From contig JBIJDH010000057.1 in NCBI GenBank assembly GCA_044344255.1, forward strand, positions 1 to 10,987: a DNA stretch of 10,987 nucleotides. The letters are read 5' to 3'. A model generated the notes under the pieces. It saw only the letters and a program-made list of their open reading frames with translations, did no database searches and was not told where the DNA came from. This document shows positions 1 to 8,400 of this stretch, in pieces (positions within the stretch are counted from its first letter, which is position 1; each line of letters starts with the position of its first letter). The translations under genes and the position numbers were made by a program. This DNA is from Myxococcota bacterium (GTDB taxonomy: Bacteria > Myxococcota_A > UBA796 > UBA2385).

Positions 1-21
1 GCGGGGCACCCGAGATCGGGC

Positions 22-58
22 AAAAGACGCCCTCTCGGGGCCGTACCCCGGGAGGGCG
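22..58 (-). terminator. Probable intrinsic terminator (minus-strand orientation)
   Basis: 13-bp GC-rich stem CGCCCTCTCGGGG (28-40) / CCCCGGGAGGGCG (46-58) with one mismatch and a 5-nt loop, followed on the minus strand by TCTTTT (27-22). Confidence 0.55.
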
Positions 59-73
59 ACGGTAGCGGGGACC

Positions 74-84
74 TGTGGTAAGGT
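74..84 (+). promoter_or_regulatory. Possible extended -10 promoter element (TGTG-G-TAAGGT)
   Basis: TGnTAnnnT pattern 11 nt upstream of the TTG at 96, just after the hairpin. Motif match only. Confidence 0.25.
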
Positions 85-95
85 CGGAGTCGTGA

Positions 96-389
96 TTGCC
101 CCCCGCCGTTCATGCGCCCTATCCCCACGGCGCCCTCGCCTGGATACGTCTCGCCGAGATGAGCCTCCGCCTGCGCCCGCTCGACGCCCGCCTCCAGGCG
201 GAGTGGCCCGAGCTCGCCACCACCCTGCCGGGCGGTCTGGCCGGCGGTCTCGACGGCGCCATCCGTCGGCTGGCCCGGGAGGTGACCGCTATCGACGAGA
301 CCCGTCGCCTGTGGACCGAGCTGTGGTTGCCGGAGCTACGGCACCGCCCCATCCGGGGTGAGATGCCCTCCTGGCCCCCCACTCATTAA
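96..389 (+). CDS. Hypothetical protein, 97 aa
   Basis: TTG start with GGAG at 86-89; G/C-ending codons and protein-like helical composition (Leu/Trp/Glu/Arg). Ends with TAA 35 nt before the convergent ctaA stop. No family recognised. Confidence 0.45.
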   Translation: MPPAVHAPYPHGALAWIRLAEMSLRLRPLDARLQAEWPELATTLPGGLAGGLDGAIRRLAREVTAIDETRRLWTELWLPELRHRPIRGEMPSWPPTH

Positions 390-424
390 GAGCTCAGGGG
401 CAAAAACTCCCGGGCTGTCGGGCT

Positions 425-1459
425 TCAGGACGACTCCGATCCGGCGTCGCGACAGCGGTGCAGCAACCCCACAGCACAACCAAAGAGCAGGACCGCGTTG
501 ACCTGGTGCAGGGAGGCGAGGCTGATCGGCACCCGATGAAGGACGGTGAGCGCGCCGAGGCCGATCTGGAAGAGCACTAGGACACCGAGGCCGATCGCCC
601 ACCGCCGGGCAGGGAGGTCGGTGGTGGATCGGAGGGTGGTAAAACAGAGAGCGATAGCCAGGGCAGCACTACAATAAGCGAGGCTGCGGTGGATGAAGTG
701 TACGGTGAGCGGATCTTCTACGATCCCGATCCCTACCCGCAGCCCATCCGGCACGAGCGCCCCGTTCATCAAGGGAAAGGAGGGGGCGACAAGCCCCGCA
801 TGGAGCCCCGCCATCAAGGCCCCCCAGCCGAGGGTGAGGAAGAGGAGCCCGATGGTGGCGCCGGAGAGGGAACGAAGGCGGGAGGGCAGGCTCGGGGCTG
901 CGCTTCGCTCAAGGTCGCTCTGGGCCTGCCAGAGCAGCAGCCCGAAGAGGGCCACCGCCAACAACAGGTGAGTGGCGAGGCGGTAGGGGCTCACCCGCGG
1001 CACATCCACGAGGCCGCTCTTCACCATCCACCAGCCCACCACGCCCTGGAGCCCGCCAAGAGACAAGATCCCCACCAACTTGAACAGTCGGCGGCCGGCG
1101 ATTCGCCTGCGCAGCGCAAAGTAGAGCAGCGGCAGCCCGAAGATGAGCCCGGCCAGCCTCCCGATGAGGCGATGGGCCCACTCCACGAGGAAGATCTCCT
1201 GAAACTCCCCGAGGCTCATCCCATGGTTGACGTGGGCATACTCGGGGGATGCCTGGTAGAGCGAGAAGGCGCGGTCCCAGGCATCGGCACCGAGGGGCGG
1301 GAGCACCCCCGTCACCACATTCCATTCGGTGATGGACAGCCCGGAGTGGGTGAGGCGGGTGAGCCCGCCCACCACCACCATGATCAACACGGTGAGGGTA
1401 CAGCCGAGGAGCCAGAGCCCAATGGAGCGGTCGCGGAGAGCGGGGGGTGTGGAGTCCAT
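425..1459 (-). CDS. ctaA: Heme A synthase (CtaA/COX15 family, type 2 without the Cys pair), 344 aa
   Basis: Motifs GGLTRLTHSGLSITEW, EWAHRLIGR, VSPYRLATHL, VHFIHR and SLHQ, with about 8 hydrophobic segments. The real start is probably the ATG at 1459 (AGGAG upstream); the 595-aa track ORF is an upstream over-extension. Confidence 0.93.
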   Translation of the reverse strand: MDSTPPALRDRSIGLWLLGCTLTVLIMVVVGGLTRLTHSGLSITEWNVVTGVLPPLGADAWDRAFSLYQASPEYAHVNHGMSLGEFQEIFLVEWAHRLIGRLAGLIFGLPLLYFALRRRIAGRRLFKLVGILSLGGLQGVVGWWMVKSGLVDVPRVSPYRLATHLLLAVALFGLLLWQAQSDLERSAAPSLPSRLRSLSGATIGLLFLTLGWGALMAGLHAGLVAPSFPLMNGALVPDGLRVGIGIVEDPLTVHFIHRSLAYCSAALAIALCFTTLRSTTDLPARRWAIGLGVLVLFQIGLGALTVLHRVPISLASLHQVNAVLLFGCAVGLLHRCRDAGSESS

Positions 1460-1518
1460 CCGACACCCTCTCCTGCTTCGCGGGCGGGAGCAAGGGGGCC
1501 CGGCCATGACGGAGGGCC

Positions 1519-2586
1519 TCAGGCGCAGGTCGGGTCGGTCGGGAAGGCCCGGTGCGCGGGATCCCAACGCTCCCAAGCCTCCGTCTCCACCGCCTCGGCG
1601 CGCACCTGCCCCCACCAGCCGGTAAAACGCAGCTCGCGGGACAACAGGGCAGATTGGATGCTGGAGAGGCATCGATGGCTGTAGACGGCGAGGCCGGGCT
1701 CCGGGCGCCCGGCGAGGCGCGGATAGACGATGTCGGCGCGGCTTGAGCCCGCACAAAGAAGACCTCGAAGCAGCGCTTCGGGGGCCGCCTGGTGCCGAGC
1801 TCCGACGAGCAGCACCTCGGGGGTGTCCGCGGCCGCGAGCCCGGTGTAGAGCGCGCCGAGCAGGCCCAGCTGTGGCCGGATATCGGTCACCACACCGATC
1901 CCATCCCGCGACGCAGAGAAGGACGCAGAGAAGGACGCAGAGAAGGGTGCGGAGCTGACGACAAGGGCCCGGGCGCCCAGGGCCGCGGCGAAGCGGAGCG
2001 CCACGGCCGCCGCGACCTCCTGTTCCGGTGGACGGCCGGCCGGACAGAGGACGGTCACCTGCCGGGGCGCTTCTGGGGATAGAAAACGGTTGACGATCCA
2101 ATCCGCCACCCGGACAGGCTGGTCGAGAGGTAGGACTGGGAGGTCCGGACCCGAATCGGGGTCGAGCTCCGTGTCGGAGGCCCAGGCGATCGTGTTCTCG
2201 GGCGGCGTCCACCCCTTATCGGAGGGTCCCCCACCTCGGAACACCCGAATCGTGGGGATGCCGGAGCGGCGAAAACCCTCGGCCAGCACGATGTCGGCGC
2301 TGGGGAAGAGCCGCTCCACCGCATGAACCAAAGAGACCTCTCCTTCGAGTCGCTCGAAGAGGGCGAGCCGCTCCGCGGTGAGCAGGGCGACGCTCGAGGC
2401 CCCCGCCTCGCTGAAGCGCCAGGAGTCCTTACCGGGGGTGTCGAGCTGGACCCGGTGGGCATCCGACTTGAGCACCCCTACGCGGAGGCCCCGCGCGCGG
2501 AGCTCTCCGATGAGCGCCACGATGAGGCGGGTCTTTCCGGTGCCCGAGGGGGCAGCGAAGGCCACGACAGGCGGGAGGCGGGCCAT
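1519..2586 (-). CDS. mobB: Molybdopterin-guanine dinucleotide biosynthesis protein MobB fused to a C-terminal MobA-like (NTP transferase fold) domain, 355 aa
   Basis: N-terminal Walker A APSGTGKT, RVGVLKSDAH, DTPGKDSWRF and DIVLAEGFR are MobB hallmarks. C-terminal VVTD..PQLGLLGALYTGL and RPEPGLAVYS resemble MobA. ATG at 2586 is preceded by GGAG. Confidence 0.88.
   Translation of the reverse strand: MARLPPVVAFAAPSGTGKTRLIVALIGELRARGLRVGVLKSDAHRVQLDTPGKDSWRFSEAGASSVALLTAERLALFERLEGEVSLVHAVERLFPSADIVLAEGFRRSGIPTIRVFRGGGPSDKGWTPPENTIAWASDTELDPDSGPDLPVLPLDQPVRVADWIVNRFLSPEAPRQVTVLCPAGRPPEQEVAAAVALRFAAALGARALVVSSAPFSASFSASFSASRDGIGVVTDIRPQLGLLGALYTGLAAADTPEVLLVGARHQAAPEALLRGLLCAGSSRADIVYPRLAGRPEPGLAVYSHRCLSSIQSALLSRELRFTGWWGQVRAEAVETEAWERWDPAHRAFPTDPTCA
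1910..1945. repeat. Perfect 12-bp tandem repeat x3 (GACGCAGAGAAG), encoding FSAS x3 in the MobA-like domain
   Basis: Copies at 1910-1921, 1922-1933 and 1934-1945; in frame. Confidence 0.95.
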
Positions 2587-2617
2587 CTTGAGGCTCCAAC
2601 GCGGGATAAGTAGGCGT

Positions 2618-3340
2618 TCAGTGGTGGGGCGCCGGCCCGCGAGGTGGTTGCCGGGAGCGCTCCTCCAGCCCGGGGATGGTGACACAGGCCCCGCAGTTGG
2701 CCACCTCCTCGGCGTCGTCCTGCACAAAGAAGTCTGTCGGGGCGGGGTAGACTGCCTCTATCGTACACTCCTCGGTCACCAGCCTGTCCACCCAGCCGAG
2801 CAACGGTCCGAAGACAGGGTCTTCCACCACCCGGGGGCGGAGGGAGAGGGCCCGGGCGAAACCCCCGAGGTGGTCCTGGAGGAACTTCCGCCTCGCGTCG
2901 GCCACGATCTCGGTGCCAACCGGGTCATCCAGCAGGATGGACTGTTTGTAGAGGAGCAGCGCATAAAACTCCATCTCGATCGCGATGTGGTCGGGCATCT
3001 CCGCGCCGACCTCTTCGGTCAGCGCGAAGCCGAAGGCGTTGTAGAAGCCCACGACATCGGAGAGGTCCTTGCCTTTGGAGAGGCCCCGCATTCGCCCATA
3101 TTCCGTCTCGTAAACGGCCACCCTCGCCTCGCCGCCATCGAAAGCAGCGAGATAACCTGCCCGTAAGGCATCTAAACCCCCTCGAGCGCGGTTGAGAAGG
3201 GGGCGGAGCTCCGGACGCCCCTCCAGCTCCGGCGCCAGCGCCAGGAGGGTCTGAAGAGACTCCGGAGAGGGGAAGCTGGTGGAGATCGCCGCGAGGGTGA
3301 AGTCCCGCGTGCGTTGGGACAGCGCTTCGGCCGGGCTCAT
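2618..3340 (-). CDS. TorD/DmsD-family redox enzyme maturation chaperone (delta subunit), 240 aa
   Basis: VYETEY, LSDVVGFYNAFGF, EMPDHIAIEMEF (E/x-P-D-H motif) and FLQDHLG. Start ATG at 3340 overlaps the gamma-subunit stop (ATGA, 3340-3337), indicating translational coupling. Confidence 0.9.
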   Translation of the reverse strand: MSPAEALSQRTRDFTLAAISTSFPSPESLQTLLALAPELEGRPELRPLLNRARGGLDALRAGYLAAFDGGEARVAVYETEYGRMRGLSKGKDLSDVVGFYNAFGFALTEEVGAEMPDHIAIEMEFYALLLYKQSILLDDPVGTEIVADARRKFLQDHLGGFARALSLRPRVVEDPVFGPLLGWVDRLVTEECTIEAVYPAPTDFFVQDDAEEVANCGACVTIPGLEERSRQPPRGPAPHH

Positions 3341-4233
3341 GGTTTCACCTGAAGCGGGGTCCAGGCCATGACGACGCTCTTTCGGGAGCCCACCTCGCCC
3401 TGGCCCCCCTGCCAGGCCGCGAAGGCCACCGCGTTCTTGCCCCCCGGCACGATGGTGGAGCCGCCGTCGATCCGGAGCGGTCTGCTGATCACCACCGTCC
3501 ATTGTCCATCCTTCCACTCCCCCTTGCCTGTGCTACCATGGCCCGACTGCACGGCTGAGGTGGAGAAACCCTCGGCGATGATCTCGTCCACCCCCGATTT
3601 GGGCGAGGACTGCGGGTTTCCGAGGGCAACGCCGGGGTTGAACATCTCCCGCTCCTCCTTGCTCCCGCCCGGGGCATCATGAAAGTCCATCGCGTACATA
3701 TCCACCGAGGCGTTCGGATAGAGGTCACTCATCGTGGGCTTCCCCTTCTCCGCATCCCGCTGATACTGCGCCCTCCAGTGGAAGATATGGACCGGCTGAC
3801 CCTCCGAGCCCATCATCACAGAGGGGAGGGCCTCTCCGCTCATCGGAAATTCGAGGGCGACCGCATCCGAGAATTGACCGAGCCCCCCAGCATCACTCTT
3901 CTCGGTGTCCTTCCAGCGCAGGCGAAAGGCGATAGACTTTCCGTCGGTGACCGACTGAACGACGATCTTCTCCGTGAGCACCCGTTCGGGCCGCGGGGTG
4001 ATGATCGGCTGGGCGAGGAGGGTGAGCTCCCCCGCGGGGGCCTCCTTCCAGTAAGAGGCGCCGGGGTCGGGCGCGCTCACGTCGGCCTCCACCCGCGCCG
4101 CGATGAGCTCGGTGAGGGGCGGGGCCACGAGCTCCGCCACCTCGGTGCGGATGCCGGGACCCCCCGAGTCGCCGCAGGCGACGAAGACGATGAGCGGGAG
4201 GACCCGCCACTCTGGCGTATGAGACGAATTCAT
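3337..4233 (-). CDS. Heme b-binding gamma subunit (ethylbenzene dehydrogenase gamma/DOMON-like, NxrC-like), possibly a lipoprotein, 298 aa
   Basis: IAFRLRWKD, FSDAVALEFP, PSVMMG (candidate Met ligand), VHIFHWRA, AEGFST, WTVVISRPL and VAFAAWQG...GSRKS (candidate Lys ligand). ATG at 4233 has GGAGG upstream. The N-terminus reads RVLPLIVFVAC. Confidence 0.87.
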   Translation of the reverse strand: MNSSHTPEWRVLPLIVFVACGDSGGPGIRTEVAELVAPPLTELIAARVEADVSAPDPGASYWKEAPAGELTLLAQPIITPRPERVLTEKIVVQSVTDGKSIAFRLRWKDTEKSDAGGLGQFSDAVALEFPMSGEALPSVMMGSEGQPVHIFHWRAQYQRDAEKGKPTMSDLYPNASVDMYAMDFHDAPGGSKEEREMFNPGVALGNPQSSPKSGVDEIIAEGFSTSAVQSGHGSTGKGEWKDGQWTVVISRPLRIDGGSTIVPGGKNAVAFAAWQGGQGEVGSRKSVVMAWTPLQVKP

Positions 4234-4247
4234 GGCTGCTCCTCCGC

Positions 4248-5384
4248 TCAAGGCGTGTTGTTCCGAACCGCGCCGATCTTTTCGTCGTAGGCGGGGCGCT
4301 CGAAGATGCTCTCTGTCACCGGGACGCGCACGATCTCGCTCCCATCGGTGTCGTAGCCGATGGCCATGCCCCCCTTCACCGCAAAGGAGTGCAGGATCCG
4401 CTCGCTGCTGCCGATGAGACAGAGCAGGCCCGCGGCGATGGGATCGGTGTGAATGGCCTTGTACCGCTCGATGGCCTCGTGGACACGCGGGCCGAACATC
4501 TGCTCCAGATAGGCGGGATCTGCATGAATGGGAGGGATATAGTAGATATTGGGCTCGAGGCCGAGCTGGGGGTAATAGGGCAGCGCGATCTGTTTCTCGT
4601 GGACCAGAAAGTCAACAGGGTTGTCTTTCCGCGCGGTCCAGGGCGGGTTGATGAAGCCCATAACCCGGATCTTGCCGATACAGTTCACGACACACTGGGG
4701 CTGGATCCCCTGCTCCACCGCCGGGTAACATCCGATACACTTCTCGCTGGTGCGGGTCCACGGATTGTACATGGACTTCTTGTAGGGACAGGCTCGAACA
4801 CACTCGCCATAACCCTTACACCGGGTCTGGTCGATGAGGACGATACCATCCTCCGGACGTTTATAGATGGCCTTCCGCGGGCAGGCCGCCAGGCAGGCCG
4901 GGTAGGTGCAGTGGGCGCAGGTTCGTGGGAGATAGAAGAACCACTTGTCGTGGGGCAGCTCCGCCATATGGGCACCCCCGTCGAGGTTCCCGCCCGCGCA
5001 GTCATCCTCGCCGATATTGGGGTACATCCAGTCTTCGTCCACCGGGGCGTAATGCAGCACCCGCTCGGTGGGCGGGGCCGACTCGATGATGGTCTTCCCG
5101 AGGTACTCCCCGTTGGCTGACCAGTCCTGTCGGCCGAGCTTCTCCAGGATGCGGAGGTCCCAGGCCATGGGGTAGGCGCCCCAGGGCTTGGTCTCCACAT
5201 TATTCCAGAACATATACTCCTGGCCTTTGCCGCTCGTCCAGGTGGTCTTACAGGCGAGGGTGCAGGTCTGACAGGCGATACACTTGTTGAGGTCGAAGAC
5301 GATCGCCCACTGTTTCTGGGGGCGGCTCTCTTCGTAGGGATAGGCGATAGGCCGCCCAAGGTGCCAGTTCTTGACTTGAGGCAT
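4248..5384 (-). CDS. Fe-S beta subunit of a type II DMSO reductase family enzyme (NxrB/NarH-like), 378 aa
   Basis: Four Cys groups: CIACQTCTLAC, CAHCTYPACLAAC, CKGYGECVRAC (3Fe-4S type) and CIGC...CVVNC. Also GQEYMFWNNVETKP and FFYLPR. RBS AAGGAG. Confidence 0.95.
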   Translation of the reverse strand: MPQVKNWHLGRPIAYPYEESRPQKQWAIVFDLNKCIACQTCTLACKTTWTSGKGQEYMFWNNVETKPWGAYPMAWDLRILEKLGRQDWSANGEYLGKTIIESAPPTERVLHYAPVDEDWMYPNIGEDDCAGGNLDGGAHMAELPHDKWFFYLPRTCAHCTYPACLAACPRKAIYKRPEDGIVLIDQTRCKGYGECVRACPYKKSMYNPWTRTSEKCIGCYPAVEQGIQPQCVVNCIGKIRVMGFINPPWTARKDNPVDFLVHEKQIALPYYPQLGLEPNIYYIPPIHADPAYLEQMFGPRVHEAIERYKAIHTDPIAAGLLCLIGSSERILHSFAVKGGMAIGYDTDGSEIVRVPVTESIFERPAYDEKIGAVRNNTP

Positions 5385-5404
5385 GATAAACTCCTTGTAT
5401 TCCT

Positions 5405-8400
5405 TCAGGCGCGCCGCGTGAATCCGCCGGCCAGGTAAATCTTCATCGATTCACTCTCGTAGGTCGGGCGGAGGCCGAGCTCCGCGGGCCGCCAGAGGCC
5501 ATGGCCGCCGATCGCCCCGTCCTCCTTCTTGACGAATTTGACGAAGGCCTCGCGGGGGGCCCCGACCGGGCAGTGAACATCGGCGAGGAAACCTTTCATG
5601 AGCTGCTGACCGAACATATCCTTATGCACCAGGGTCTCGGTCATGAGCGTGGGCTTGAGCCAGGCCCGGGTCGCGCTCTGATGTGAGCCATATCGGTACA
5701 TCGCCTGATAGTTGGTGCCCTCACTCTTGGCGAGGCCATCCGGCCGGGTCTCGTGCCCCTTCACGCTCCCGAATGTGGCACCGTACATATTGTGCCAGGT
5801 GCGGGTGATCCCGCGCGGAGTACCCGGGTAGTAGCGGACACGAAGGAGGAGCCGCGCGATCTTGTACTCCTCTGTGCCTTCCTTCCAGCCTCGGAAGGGG
5901 CGGTCCTCGGGATCGGCGTCTACATAGGCGTAGTCACCCTCTTCGAGGCCGAGCTCTTTCGCGTCCTCGGGGTGCATGTCCACGTAGCCTTCCGTGATCG
6001 AGGGCATCCGTTTGTCGTGCCGATACACATCGCCGAAGGGGCCGAAGAGCACCCCCGTGAAGTCGGTGTCCACCGGGGTGGTGTGGGCGCCGTGGCGGTA
6101 CTTGGGGGTGTGATAGACATGTTTGTACCCGAGGGCCGCGAGGGGGTGCTTCGTCAGCAGCAGCTCAGCGACCGTGTACTGAACATGCCTGCCCTGCCGC
6201 ACCTCGGAGCCCACATCCCCTCTCTTCAGGCCGTACTTCTCGGGGGAGTCGGGGCGGACCATCGGATGGGGAGCGGCGGCGATGGCGTTGGGCTCCCGGT
6301 GGGTGGAGTCGATGGGCTCCCGGTGGACGATCATATTCTCGCCGCTCGCGATGAATTCCGCCTCCGGCCGATAGAACTCGAGCCTCCCGCTGCGGGTGTG
6401 CCAGGGCTGCTCACCCTTCGCCTGCTCATAAGAGGAGATACGCGGGTAGGTGCGCATGTTCACGAGGCAGGGAATGCCGGCCTTCGCCTTCTCGTGCATC
6501 TCGTGGATATCGTATCCCTTGAGCGAGAAGGATCCGTTGACGATGCGCTGCAGATAAGCCTCGACGTTGTTCTCATCGACAAACTTCCACGCCGAAGTAA
6601 AACGCTTATCGGCGAGGTGCGTTCCGATGGCCTTGCTCACCCCCGCGATGATCTCGATGTCCGCCTTGGTATCAAAGACCCTGCGAATGGGCGACTTCGG
6701 AAAGATCTGCACAAAGGGGTTGGTGCAGCTCGCCGTCATGTCGATGTGACGGAACTCAGCCCAGGAGTCGGCGGCGAAGACGATGTCGGAGTACTCGCAG
6801 GAGGCCGTCCACCACCAGTCGGCGAAGGCGATCATCTCGATACGAGGCAACGTGTTGTGAACCACATCATAATGCCACTTCACATTGCCGATCACCGAGT
6901 TGCTGTTGTTCAGCCACATGGCCTTGGTGGGCACGGGCATATGGCCCTTGCCCGTAAGGAGGGCATTACCCACGCGGAGCGGCCGGTCGCCGTTGTTGTA
7001 ATAATGGAGCGACTCATAGTGGGTGTACTTCTTGACCTTCACCTTCGCTTTGGGGTCGAGCTCGAGGTTGAAGGGGTCTTCTGCGATAAAGGTGGGCATT
7101 CCGCCGAAGATCGCGGCCCGATAGTTACCCGCGTAGCTCCCCACATTGCCACCGGGGAAGCCGATATTTCGGGTGAGCGCCGCCACCAGCAGGATGGCGC
7201 GGTCTTTCAGGTCGGCGTTGAAGAACTGGTTCGGGCCCATGCCCGTGGCGAAGATGGTCTTCTCCGGGTTCGCCGCGATCATTCTTGCGAGGGAGACCAC
7301 TGCCGTGGCCGGCGCCGACGTGATGCCCGAGACCTGCTCCGGCGTCATGTTGGTGTCGAGGTACTCCTTCAACAGCGAGAAGTGGCTGCGCACCTCCACC
7401 TCGTTGCCATCCACGAGCTTGACCTTCGTATTGGCGAGGAGGTCGATGTTGAGGCCCCTCCCCCGCGGGCCGACATGGTCTCGGGTGACCGCCACGGGTT
7501 TGCCGGAGGGGTCGAGGATGACGAAGGCGCCCATGTCACCGAGCATCCCCTCGGGGACGATCTGCTGCTGATGGCCGATCGCCGGCGCAGCCTTCTCGCC
7601 CTTCGCGAGCAGGGTCGCTCCCCCGAGGCCCTTACCCGCGGCGGGGGCCGCGAGCCCGATGTCTTCGGGGCGCAGGGGCTGGAGCGTGTCGAGGCGGATG
7701 AGGAAGGGGAGGTCTGTGTTCGTCTTGACCCAGACATCGTCATAGAGCTTCTCGGCGAGGATGACCTGGGCCAGGCCGAGGGCGAAGGCGGGGTCTGTCC
7801 CCGGCCGAATGACGATCACCTCGTCACACTTACTCGCCGTGGCGCTGTACTCCACGGTCACCGCGATGACCTTCGTCCCCTTGATCCGCGCCTCGGTCAG
7901 CCAGTGGCTGTCGGGCATCTTGGTGGTGATCCAGTTCATGCCCCAGACGATGGCGACGTTACTGTGCTCTACGCTGAAGAGGTCAAAGTCATTGGTCTGC
8001 GAGCCCGTGACCATCGGGTGGCCCGGGGGCAGGTCGGTGTGCCAGGAGTAGCTGTCCCAGCCCCGGGCACCCACCGCCTTGTCCGGCCCGACGCCGCGAA
8101 TGGCGTCATCGGCGAGGGCGAGGAGGTTGGCGAATCGATACAGTCCGAAGATCCGGGTCGCCCCGAGGAAGGCCATCCCGCCACGAATCTTGACGGTCTG
8201 GGTGCCGGCCCCCTCCATCGCCTCGATCATCGCCTCGTCATAGTCCTGCGCCTTGAGCAGCGCCGCGCCCTGCTCTCCCGAGTAGGTGGTCGAGATGTTG
8301 AGGAGCCCGCGGGCGGCGTAGTCATAGGCCTCGTCCCACTCCACCCGCACCCAGCTGTCTTTCCCGCGTTGGAAGTATTTCTCGTCGCCTCGTCCGGTGG

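Noticed and set aside
689..1684. 331-aa + strand ORF, and similar + strand ORFs at 2378-3166, 3679-4290 and 4389-5120
   Set aside because: Antisense shadows of well-supported minus-strand genes.
1910..1945. Repeat as a CRISPR array or frameshifting phase-variation tract
   Set aside because: No spacers, and the unit length is a multiple of 3, so copy changes keep the frame.
1460..2212. N-terminal 251-aa extension of the heme A synthase ORF, an apparent fusion
   Set aside because: Arg/Pro/Gly-rich off-frame reading of the mobB fusion gene; a good RBS and ATG exist at 1459.
3341..3517. Longer chaperone start, and likewise the 2727 start for mobB and the 4251 start for gamma
   Set aside because: These overlap upstream genes; coupled or RBS-supported starts at 3340, 2586 and 4233 are better.
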